Shown here piece by piece: positions 38,344-48,820 of a stretch of 64,000 nucleotides of DNA. The stretch covers positions 7,916-71,915 of the forward strand of contig DATHRK010000015.1 of the NCBI GenBank assembly GCA_035465395.1. The letters run 5' to 3'. A model generated the notes under the pieces. It did not search any database and was not told the DNA's origin. It saw nothing but the letters and a program-made list of their open reading frames with translations. The DNA is from Longimicrobiales bacterium. Lineage in GTDB: Bacteria; Gemmatimonadota; Gemmatimonadetes; Longimicrobiales; RSA9. Position 1 is the stretch's first letter; each line of letters begins with the position of its first letter. A program made the position numbers and the translations under genes.

Positions 38344-39072
38344 CTAGGGACGCAGAGTGCGGCGGATTCGCTCGAGCTCCTGCTGCTGGATCTCGACCCG
38401 TTCCCGGAGGGCTTCGACCTGCTCCTCGAGCTCGGCCACGCGGAGCGCGAGCGAGTCGCGCGTGCCTTCGGCAGCGGCGATGCGGTCCGGTACCGTCGCC
38501 GACGGCAGGTCCGGCAGCCAGTCGATCGGGCCGTCGGTCGCGTGGTCACCCGGCACCGCCGATTCCAGCAGCGCGAGACTGGCGCGCGGCTCGTCCGACG
38601 AGCAGCCCGCAGCCGCGGCCCGCGTGTCGCGCCGCGCCTCCTCGAGCGGCTCGGCGCGCGGCGGCGGGGCGCCGTGCTCCTTCGCGAGCAGGTAGATCCC
38701 CGTGGCCGTCGAGCCCAGGGGCGACCCGGACGGGGCGAGGTCCGCCACATGCGCCGCCAGGGCCGCGGCGAGGTCCGGACGTCGCTCGTTGTTGCGCGGG
38801 TCGAGATAGCCCGTGGCCAGCAGCAACAGCGCGGTGCGCCCGTCGTCGCTGCCCGGGCAGTGCATGTACACCCAACCCAGGTCCGTGCGGGCTGCGCTGA
38901 AATTACCGATGTCGAGCGCGGCCGCCCCCGCGGAAAGTCGTCCCGCCGCCTCCGCCTCGGGTGTGCCGGGAAGCGGTTCCACACCGGCCCGTTGAGAGCG
39001 CGTGCATGCGACCACGAGACAGGCCAGGGTCGCGATGCCGAGCTTTGTGAGGAAGGTGGCGTTGGGCTTCAT
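38344..39072 (-). CDS. Hypothetical lipoprotein with a C-terminal coiled coil
   Basis: Lipobox LACLVVAC. C-terminal LALRVAELEEQVEALRERVEIQQQELERIRR. Its stop lies 9 nt before the kinase start. Confidence 0.6.
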   Translation of the reverse strand: MKPNATFLTKLGIATLACLVVACTRSQRAGVEPLPGTPEAEAAGRLSAGAAALDIGNFSAARTDLGWVYMHCPGSDDGRTALLLLATGYLDPRNNERRPDLAAALAAHVADLAPSGSPLGSTATGIYLLAKEHGAPPPRAEPLEEARRDTRAAAAGCSSDEPRASLALLESAVPGDHATDGPIDWLPDLPSATVPDRIAAAEGTRDSLALRVAELEEQVEALRERVEIQQQELERIRRTLRP

Positions 39073-39144
39073 CGTCCTCTCGGGAACCGCGCATCGGGTC
39101 CCATCTTTCTGGAGCCGCGCCCCTTGCGGCAGGATGGTGACGGG

Positions 39145-39960
39145 TCAGGAATCTACGGGGCGTGGCCCATCGGGCATAGAGGGCGGGTCGGCGGGCAACG
39201 TCAGTTGTTTCTGCTCTCTATCGCTCGGCAGCGTGGTGGTAGCCGGCCCGCTGCGCTCCGATATCTCCCGGGCGATGTCTTCCACCAGTGCCCCGAGCGC
39301 ACGCGTTCGTCGGGCCACGGCGCCGCGGTAGAGACTCCGCGCCAGCAGGTAGGACCCACCGAAGGCTGCGACCGGAATCAGCACTCCGAGAAGGACCGAA
39401 CCCAGGGCCCCACCGAGCGCTCCGCCGACGCCGAACCCGATCCCTCCCCCGGCCCCCCCGACGATTCCGCCGTAGAGGGCCCAGGCGGTGCCGGCGAGCC
39501 GCTCCTCGACCCGCACGAGCGTGTGGTCGTCGCTTTCGGCGCTGACGAGCACCTGCAGCGAGCGCGTGTTGCCGTGGGCGTTCGAGCTCCAAGTGAGTGT
39601 GTCCCCGACTGCGCTCGCTTGTCCCGGGGCATCCGCGGCGCGCTGAATGAGGGGGACCAGCGCATCCAGGGACTCGCGCGGCAGCGAGCCCGCGACGCGC
39701 GCCTCGAGAGCGACGACCAGAGGCCCTCCAGCGAGCGCATTGCCCAGGCCGCTGCCGACGGGAGCATCTAGCTCCCGCGCGGCCGCGCGTAAGGTGGCCG
39801 CGTCGATGCCCGCTTCGACCCCGATCTCCTGAAGCTCCCGCAGGGTCAGGCCTTCGCGAGCCGGCCCAGATCGCGCCGTGGCCTGGAGCTGGGTCGCCCG
39901 CTCGAGGATCCGCGAGACTTCCTTGTCGGAATACCGCCGTTCGCCGTCGGGTAGATCCAT
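39145..39960 (-). CDS. Hypothetical membrane protein with a glycine-zipper segment
   Basis: ATG at 39960. Contains GGIVGGAGGGIGFGVGGALGGALGSVLLGVLIPVAAFGG. Confidence 0.5.
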   Translation of the reverse strand: MDLPDGERRYSDKEVSRILERATQLQATARSGPAREGLTLRELQEIGVEAGIDAATLRAAARELDAPVGSGLGNALAGGPLVVALEARVAGSLPRESLDALVPLIQRAADAPGQASAVGDTLTWSSNAHGNTRSLQVLVSAESDDHTLVRVEERLAGTAWALYGGIVGGAGGGIGFGVGGALGGALGSVLLGVLIPVAAFGGSYLLARSLYRGAVARRTRALGALVEDIAREISERSGPATTTLPSDREQKQLTLPADPPSMPDGPRPVDS

Positions 39961-40178
39961 GACCGCCAATCTAGGGTGCGAGGCTCGTCGAGGAAGGACG
40001 ACCGCTAGCGCGTTCCGCGGCGCTGGGGCCTGCGTCGTCGAGCGGTCGAAGGGAGCGCGCGCGAGGGCCCGCCGCACCCGCGTCGCCGGGTTGCGGGCCA
40101 CCCTGGGGGGACCCATCTTGGCGCCGATTTCCGGGCGGGCCGGGCGAGGCCGCCGACTTTCGACGAATCAAGGATGCG

Positions 40179-40727
40179 ATGATCCGAGGTAGGGGTGCGG
40201 TCCTCGCGGCTGGCCTCGTTGCGGCGCTCGCGCTGGCCGGGCTGATCGCCGCCCAGGGGGATTCCGCCGACGGCGGTCCATCCGCGGCGTCGACCGCCGA
40301 CACCGGCCAGCCCATCGCGTATCCCCACAACGTGCACGCAGGACAGCTCGAGATCCCCTGCATGTACTGTCACTACTCCGCGGATCGCTCGGTCGATGCC
40401 GGCATACCCCCCGTCGCGTCCTGCATCGGCTGTCACGCGCCGGGAGGCGCTCAGTTGGCCGCGGCGGACCGCCCCGAGGTGCAGAAGCTCATCGACTACT
40501 GGAACCGGGGTGAACCCATTCCATGGGTTCGCATCCACGACCTGCCGGACCACGCACACTTCCCGCACTACATGCATGTGAACGCGGGGCTGACGTGTCA
40601 GGAGTGCCACGGCCAGGTGCAGGAGGTCGGCCAGGTCGAACAGGAATCGTCGCTGAGGATGGGGTGGTGCGTGGAATGCCACCGCGCCCGTGGGGCCAGG
40701 ACCGATTGCTCGGTGTGCCACTACTAG
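40179..40727 (+). CDS. actA: Alternative complex III subunit ActA (pentahaem cytochrome c)
   Basis: Five CxxCH motifs: CMYCH, CIGCH, CQECH, CVECH, CSVCH. N-terminal TM/signal helix. Confidence 0.85.
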   Translation: MIRGRGAVLAAGLVAALALAGLIAAQGDSADGGPSAASTADTGQPIAYPHNVHAGQLEIPCMYCHYSADRSVDAGIPPVASCIGCHAPGGAQLAAADRPEVQKLIDYWNRGEPIPWVRIHDLPDHAHFPHYMHVNAGLTCQECHGQVQEVGQVEQESSLRMGWCVECHRARGARTDCSVCHY

Positions 40728-40790
40728 ATGGGCGGCGCGGATGACGGGTCTCGCGGGGTTCGCCGGAGTCAGGGCGTGAAGAAGAAAGGC

Positions 40791-43700
40791 ATGGAACGCC
40801 GTGACTTCCTGAAGGTCGTCGGCGCCGCCGGCGCCGGAACCGGTCTCGCCGGCTGCACCACCGGGGCCGCCGAGAACCTCATTCCCTACGTCGTACCGCC
40901 GGAAGAGATCGTTCCCGGCATCGCGACCTGGTATCGCACGACGTGCAGGGAGTGCGACGCCGGCTGCGGCATGAGCGTGCGCACGCGTGAAGGGCGGGCG
41001 GTGAAGGCCGAGGGCAACGCCCTCTCGCCGGTCTCGCACGGTCGACTCTGCGCGCGCGGTCAGGCTTCGCTGCAGGGCCTCTACGACCCCGACCGGGTGC
41101 CGCAGGCGCTGCGTCGCGGATCGGGGGGCGGTTGGGACCGCGTCACATGGGACGCCGCAGAGCAGGAACTGGCGCGGGGGATCGCCGAGGCGGACGGCAG
41201 CGCGGTGTTCCTCACCGGATCCTCGAGCGGCACGATGGACCGGCTGATCGACGACTGGTGCGCCGCGATGGGGGTCGAGCGGGTCCGCTTCGACGCCTTC
41301 GGGCTCGAGGCCGTGCGCACCGCGAGCCGACTCGTGTACGGCCGGGAGGGCGTCCCCCGGCACGACCTCGCGGCGGCCGAGGTGGTGGTCACGTTCGGCG
41401 CCGACTTCATGGAGACCTGGGGCTCTCCGGTCGACTACACGCACGGTTTCGTGCAATCCCATGCCTACCAGGACGGCCGGCGGGGTCGCCTCATCGCGGT
41501 GGGTCCGCACCTGTCGCTCACCGGCCTGTCCGCCGACGACTGGATCGCGGCGCGTGCCGGCACCGAGCACCTCGTCGCGCTGGCGATGGCGCGGCTGGTG
41601 GCCGAGTCCACGGGCGCCGCGCTCGACGGACCGCTCGCGAGCGTCGACGTCGCCGCCGCGGCGCAGGCCGCCGACGTGGACGTGGAGGCGGTCCGTAACG
41701 CCGCGCTCGCGTTCGCGAACGACGGGCGCTCGGTGGCGATGGGCCCGGGCGTCGCGGCGACGAGCAGCGCCGCGACCGCGCTTGCCACGGCGGTCGCCCT
41801 GCTCAACCGGGCTGCCGGCAACGTCGGCCGGACGGTGTTCCCCGCAGAGGCCGAGCTCGGCCCGGCGGGCACCTACGCCGCCTTGAGCGATTTGATCGAC
41901 CGGGCCTCGGCCGGCACACTCGGCGCGCTGCTGATCCACGGCGCCAACCCGCTGCACGGCGTGCCGCTCTCCGCCGACGCGGCCGCGGCGCTCGATCGCG
42001 TCGGCTTCATCGCGTCGTTCGCGTCGCAGCTCGATGAGACCGCCGCGCGCGCGCACCTCCTCCTCCCCGACCACCACTTCCTGGAAGCGTGGGGCGACGT
42101 GGAGCCGCGGCCGGGCGTGTTCGGGATCGTGCAGCCGGTGATGCGGCCGGTCTTCCAGACCAAGCAGACGGGCGATGTCCTGTTGTCGGTCGCGCGGCGC
42201 GCCGGCGCGTCCCTGCCGAACGCTGCCAACACCTTCTACGACTATCTCCGCGCGCGCTGGACGCGGGACGTCGTGCCCGGCGCCGACGAAGAGGCGTGGC
42301 GGGCCGCGCTGCGCACGGGGGTGGTCGTCGCGCAGGGCGGAACCGCGTCGGCGCCCCCGCCCATCGCGGCCCTGGCCGGAGCACCGAACCAGGCGGCGCA
42401 GTCCGACGCGCAGCAGCAGCCTCAGCCCGGCGCGCAGCAGCAGCCCGCCGGTCCGATCGCCGCCGCCGCGGGTTCGCGGCCCGCCAGCGTAGCGGACGTC
42501 GACTTCGCGCGCGCCGAGCTCGCCGGTGCGGACGACGCCGAGTTCGATCTCGTGGTCTATCCGTCCTACCGGTTCCTCGACGGCCGCCTCGCGAACCGCT
42601 CGTGGCTGCAGGAGCTCCCCGATCCGGTCAGCAAGATCGCCTGGAGCTCCTGGGTGGAGATGCACCCGGACGCCGCTGCGGAGCGCGACCTGGATGTCGG
42701 CCACATCGTCACGGTCGCGACCGAGCAGGGCGACTTCGAGCTCCCCGTCTGGACCCACCCCGGCGTGCGCGAGGACACCATCGCCGTGCAGCTCGGGCAG
42801 GGCCATACCAACCTCGGTCGCTACGCGAGGAATCGGGGCGTCGACGCGGCGCGCATGCTCGCCCCGCTCGTCGACGCCTCCTCCGGCGGGGTCGTGTGGA
42901 TCCAGACGCGGGCGGCCGTAACCGCCACCGGACGGTGGGAACGGCTCCCGTACACCGAGGGCGAGTCGGATGCCTCTGCGCGCGACGTGGCGAAGGCGAT
43001 GTCGCTCGAGGACGCGCGGGCCGCCGAGCCGGTCGACATCCTCGGGCTCGCGGCGTACCGGGCAGGGGTCGAGAACGCCCCGGGCGGCGAGGGCAACGCG
43101 CGCGGGCAGGAGGCCGACCACGCCGACCCGATGCCGATCGGGAGCGCGCCACACCACGGCCAGCCCCACCCGCTCGAGGCCCAGGTCGACGAGCTTCAGG
43201 CCGCGGGCGGCTTCGGTCCGATCGTCGGCATGGGCGCGGCGCCCCAGGACTACCCGCCGCCCGACACCTATTACGGCGAGTACTCGGAGGAGAAGCCCCG
43301 CTGGGCCCTGGCGATCGACACGGAGCGCTGCACCGGATGCAGCGCCTGCATGACCGCGTGTTACGCCGAGAACAACATCGCCGTGATCGGCCCGGAGCAG
43401 GTCGCCAAGGGCCGGCTGCTCTCCTGGATCCGCATCGAGCGGTATTGGGAGCTCGGCCACGAAGAGGGCGGAGGCGAGCATTTCCAGGGCACCCGCTTCC
43501 TGCCGGTCATGTGCCAGCAGTGCGGCAACGCGCCGTGCGAGCCGGTGTGTCCGGTCTACGCCTCCTACCACACGCCCGAGGGCCTGAACGCGCAGGTCTA
43601 CAACCGCTGCGTAGGCACGCGGTACTGCGCGAACAACTGCCCGTACAAGGTGCGACAGTACAACTACTACACGGCGGAATGGCCCGAGCCGCTGAACTGG

Positions 43701-44020
43701 CAGCTCAACCCCGACGTGACGGTGCGCGAGAAGGGCGTCATGGAGAAGTGCACGTTCTGCGTGCAGCGCATCCGTGACGCGCAGCACCACGCGAGGATCG
43801 AGGACCGGCCCGTGGCCGACGGCGAGATCGTGCCGGCGTGCGCCCAGACCTGCCCCGGCGACGCGATCGTCTTCGGCGACATCAAGGACCCGACGTCGCG
43901 GGTCGCCCAGGTGTCGGCCTCGGGCCGCGCCTACCGGATGCTCGGCGAGCTCAACACGCAGCCCGGCGTCACCTACCTGCAGCGCGTGTCGATGCACGCG
44001 GAATCCGGGGAGTCACACTG

Positions 44021-44021
<1 letters not shown>
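40791..44021 (+). CDS. actB: Alternative complex III subunit ActB (fused molybdopterin-like B1 and Fe-S B2 domains)
   Basis: Tat signal MERRDFLKVVGAAGAG. CISM-like N-terminal domain, a Gln/Pro-rich linker, and ferredoxin Cys clusters (CTGCSACMTAC, CQQCGNAPCEPVCP, CVGTRYCANNCP, CTFC). Alternative GTG start at 40776. Confidence 0.9.
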
Positions 44022-45465
<1,444 letters not shown>

Positions 45466-45466
<1 letters not shown>

Positions 45467-45987
45467 TGACCGAGCGCCGCGACGGCATTCTGGGGATCTT
45501 CCACCACTCGGATGCGGTCGAGGAGGCGGTCGCGGGCCTGCGCGCGCAGAAGCCGGCCGACATCACCGTGTACGCGCCGCTGCCACACCACGACATCGAG
45601 CACGCGCTGGACCGGCCCGAGAGCCCGGTGCGTGTCTACACCCTGGTCGGTGGCCTCACCGGCGCCGCGACGGGCTTCGCGATGCCGATCTGGATGTCGC
45701 TCGACTATCCGCTGATCACGGGGGGCAAGCCGATCATCTCGCTGCCGCCGTTCGTGATCATCGCCTTCGAGTTGGCGATCCTCTTCGGTGCGCTGGCCAC
45801 GGTGCTCGGGCTGGTCCTGAACGCGTTCGTCTTCAAGCCCAAGGCGACCTACGCCTACGACCCCTCCTTCTCGGCGGGGTCGTTCGGCGTGTTCGTGGTC
45901 CCGGCGGAGGGACGCGGCGACGAGGTGCGGTCCGTGCTCGAGCGCGCGGGCGCAGCGGAGATCCGCGCGGAGGTGGCCCATGCGTAG
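45466..45987 (+). CDS. actD: Alternative complex III subunit ActD (DUF3341)
   Basis: Begins MTERRDGILGIFHHSDAVEEAV, with two central TM helices. TGATG junction with actC. Confidence 0.8.
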
Positions 45988-46660
45988 CGCGCGCACGGCG
46001 CGGGTCGCCCTGACACTCCTGCTGGCGACGACGCTCGGCGCCTGCACCGAGATCGACAACATGCTGGCGCGCGTGTCGTTCTTCGCGTTCATGCGCGAAT
46101 CGCCCGCCTTCGACCCGTACGAGGCGCCCCGGCTGCCGCCGGAGAACTCGGTTGCGTTCGAGGGTCCGACCGGGCAGGTGCCGGCGCCGATCGAGGCGAG
46201 CCAGGCCGGCCTGCAGGCGTTCGGCGACGCCAACGCGAATCCGATTCCGCGCGGCGAAGCGTCCGAGGAGCGCGGCCGCGTTATGTACGACCGCTACTGT
46301 GCGATCTGTCACGGGCCGGCGGGCATGGGTGGGAACACCGGCACGGTCACGTCGACCGGCGTCTATCCGCCGATCGTACCGCCCGTCGCGGCCGGTCGCG
46401 CGACGACGCTCTCCGATGGCTACATCTACGCGATCATTCGGGTGGGCAGGGGCCTGATGCCGGCGTACGCCGTCCAGGTTCCGCACGAGGACCGCTGGCA
46501 CATCGTGAACTACCTGCGGAGGATGCAGGAAGGCGGCGCTCCGGCGGCCGACCGGGGGCAGGAGGGGGCCGCAGACGACGTGGCGTCCGGAGCCGGTCAG
46601 GACGACCCGGGTGCCGCACCCCCGGGCGGCGCGACCGACGGCAACGGATCGGAGGGCTGA
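45980..46660 (+). CDS. actE: Alternative complex III subunit ActE (monohaem cytochrome c lipoprotein)
   Basis: Lipobox TTLGAC, a single CAICH haem motif, and an 8-nt overlap with actD. Confidence 0.8.
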   Translation: MRSARTARVALTLLLATTLGACTEIDNMLARVSFFAFMRESPAFDPYEAPRLPPENSVAFEGPTGQVPAPIEASQAGLQAFGDANANPIPRGEASEERGRVMYDRYCAICHGPAGMGGNTGTVTSTGVYPPIVPPVAAGRATTLSDGYIYAIIRVGRGLMPAYAVQVPHEDRWHIVNYLRRMQEGGAPAADRGQEGAADDVASGAGQDDPGAAPPGGATDGNGSEG

Positions 46661-46662
46661 TC

Positions 46663-47946
46663 ATGGCGCAGACGACACCCGCCGAGCTGCCGAACCGCCG
46701 CCTGAATGCGGTGCCGCGACCGATCCTGCTCGGCGGCCTCGCGGCCGCGGTGCTCGGTGTGGCGACGTTCGCGTTGGGCCTCCTCCAGGGCGACGGCCGG
46801 GCCTGGCAGGCCTACCTGTTCAACTGGCTGTTCTGGTTCGGCATCGCGCAGGGGGCGGTCGTGTTCTCCGCCGTGACGGTGATCACCCGCTCGGTCTGGG
46901 CGCGGCCGGTGCGGAGGATCGCGCTCTCGTTCGTCGCGTTCCTGCCGCTGGGCTTCGTGCTCTACCTGCCCTTGCTGCTGGGGGGCGAGCACATCTTCCC
47001 GTGGACCCACGCGATGTACCACGACGGCCTCGAGGTCTGGCTGAACGAGGGCTTCGTGGCCGCTCGCAATGTCGTCGCGCTCGCCATCCTGGTGGGCCTT
47101 TCCGTGCTGTACGCGCGGATCGCGCTGCGCCCGGACGTGGGCATGGACGGCGACGCGACGGGCGCCGTCCGCGGTTGGGTGGCGGCCGGCTGGAGGGGGC
47201 AGGAGGAGGAGGAGCGCGAGTCGCACCGCCGGCTCGCCCGCCTCGGGCCGATCCTCGCGATCGTCTACGCGTTCGGGATGAGCGTCGTGGCGTGGGACTA
47301 CATCATGTCCCTCGAGGCCGGCTGGTTCAGCACCCTGATCGGCCCGTACTACTTCATGGGGGCCTTCCTGGGCGGTATCGCGGCAACCACGGTGGCCGCC
47401 GTGATCTATCGCGCCCGGCTGGGCCTGACCGACACGATCCGGCCGCCCCATTTCCACGATCTGGGCAAGCTGACCTTCGCCTTCTGCGTGTTCTGGGCCT
47501 ACCTGTTCTGGTCCCAGTACATCGTGATCTGGTACGGCCAGCTGCCCTGGGAGCAGAGCTTCCTGGTGCACCGGCTCACGGCTCCCTACCGCTGGCTGTC
47601 CGTGGTGGTCTTCGCCTTCCTCTTCCTGGCTCCCTTCTTCGCGCTGCTGAGCGTCACCGCCAAGAAGAACCCCCCGTTCCTGGGCACGGTGGCCGCCCTG
47701 ATCCTCTTCGGGCTGTGGCTGGAACGGTACACGCTGGTGTATCCGTCGCTCCATCCCGGCGCCGACGGCATGCCTTTCGGGATCATCGAGATCGGCGTCA
47801 CGCTGCTGTTCGCGGGCCTGTTCGTGCTGTCGGTCGCCGCGTTTGCGACGAAATTCCCGATCTTCCAGCTGTGGGAGCCGATGGTCGACGCCCACGAGTT
47901 CGACGACCCGTACTACCCGTCCAGGGAGCCTTCCGCGAGCGCCTGA
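46663..47946 (+). CDS. actF: Alternative complex III subunit ActF (second NrfD-like membrane subunit)
   Basis: Polytopic protein paralogous in pattern to ActC. GGAGGG Shine-Dalgarno sequence upstream of the ATG. Confidence 0.8.
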   Translation: MAQTTPAELPNRRLNAVPRPILLGGLAAAVLGVATFALGLLQGDGRAWQAYLFNWLFWFGIAQGAVVFSAVTVITRSVWARPVRRIALSFVAFLPLGFVLYLPLLLGGEHIFPWTHAMYHDGLEVWLNEGFVAARNVVALAILVGLSVLYARIALRPDVGMDGDATGAVRGWVAAGWRGQEEEERESHRRLARLGPILAIVYAFGMSVVAWDYIMSLEAGWFSTLIGPYYFMGAFLGGIAATTVAAVIYRARLGLTDTIRPPHFHDLGKLTFAFCVFWAYLFWSQYIVIWYGQLPWEQSFLVHRLTAPYRWLSVVVFAFLFLAPFFALLSVTAKKNPPFLGTVAALILFGLWLERYTLVYPSLHPGADGMPFGIIEIGVTLLFAGLFVLSVAAFATKFPIFQLWEPMVDAHEFDDPYYPSREPSASA

Positions 47947-48752
47947 GGATCTCCCGCACGGGTCCTCCGCCTCACGTACTCGCGGGCCTCGATGGCGGCG
48001 GCCCGCACCAGCTTCGCCTCGCGCCGATCCAGGTCGGCCCGCCGCGCGACGGCCCGCACGGTGCGCATGATCGCCTCGGGGTTCTTCTTCTTGAAGAACT
48101 CGATCCTGCCGAGCGTGCGCTCGATATCGCCGAACATTTCCTGCAGCTGGTCGTGTGTGGCGGGGTCCGCCGCCTTGCGCCAGGTGGGAAGCTCCGCCTC
48201 GCTTCCGGGCCCCGCCATCCAGAGCTCGTGGGCGATGAGGAGCACCGCCTGCGCCAGGTTGAGCGAAGCGAACGCCTCGTCGGTCGGCACGGTGAGCACG
48301 CGGTCGCACCGGTCCAGCTCGGGATTCTCGAGGCCCCGGTCCTCGCGGCCGAAGAGGAGCGCGACCGGCCCTTCGCCGGCGTTCGCGAGCGCGAGTAGCT
48401 CCGGCACGGCCTCCTTCGGGTGCTGCCAGAAGAACACCGCGGTCCGGCGCCGCGCGCTGGTGCCCGCGACGTGCACGGTGTCGGCGAGCGCGTCGTCCAG
48501 CGAGTCCACGATCTCCACGCGTTCCACCACCGGTTCGGCGGCGTGGGCGATGCCGAGTACGCGCCGCTCGTCCCAGTCGGCCGGATTCACCAGGCGCAGC
48601 CTGCGCAGCCCGAAGTTCATCATCGCGCGCGCGGTCGTCGCCATGTTGACGACGTCCTGCGGCTCGTGCAGGACGACGACGAACTGTTCGGCGAGCAGCG
48701 AGGCGTCGGCACGCAAGGGCGTTCTCCGGTCGGTGTGGGGCTGCAGAGACAT
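47913..48752 (-). CDS. SpoU/TrmH-family RNA 2'-O-methyltransferase (TrmJ-like)
   Basis: VVVLHEPQDVVNMATTARAMMNFG, LLFGREDRGL, NLAQAVLLIAHEL. ATG at 48752. Its 3' end overlaps actF by 34 nt. Confidence 0.75.
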   Translation of the reverse strand: MSLQPHTDRRTPLRADASLLAEQFVVVLHEPQDVVNMATTARAMMNFGLRRLRLVNPADWDERRVLGIAHAAEPVVERVEIVDSLDDALADTVHVAGTSARRRTAVFFWQHPKEAVPELLALANAGEGPVALLFGREDRGLENPELDRCDRVLTVPTDEAFASLNLAQAVLLIAHELWMAGPGSEAELPTWRKAADPATHDQLQEMFGDIERTLGRIEFFKKKNPEAIMRTVRAVARRADLDRREAKLVRAAAIEAREYVRRRTRAGDPQALAEGSLDG

Positions 48753-48820
48753 GTTCACCGCGGCCCGCACGCGCAATGCCGGATCTCCCGACCGCCTCGC
48801 GACGCGACTACGTTGAGGCA

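Noticed and set aside
40005-43997. 1330-aa ORF on the minus strand, the longest in the window
   Set aside because: It is antisense to actA and actB, whose CxxCH and Fe-S cluster motifs are unambiguous. It has no recognisable domain and Arg/Gly/Pro/Asp-dominated composition.
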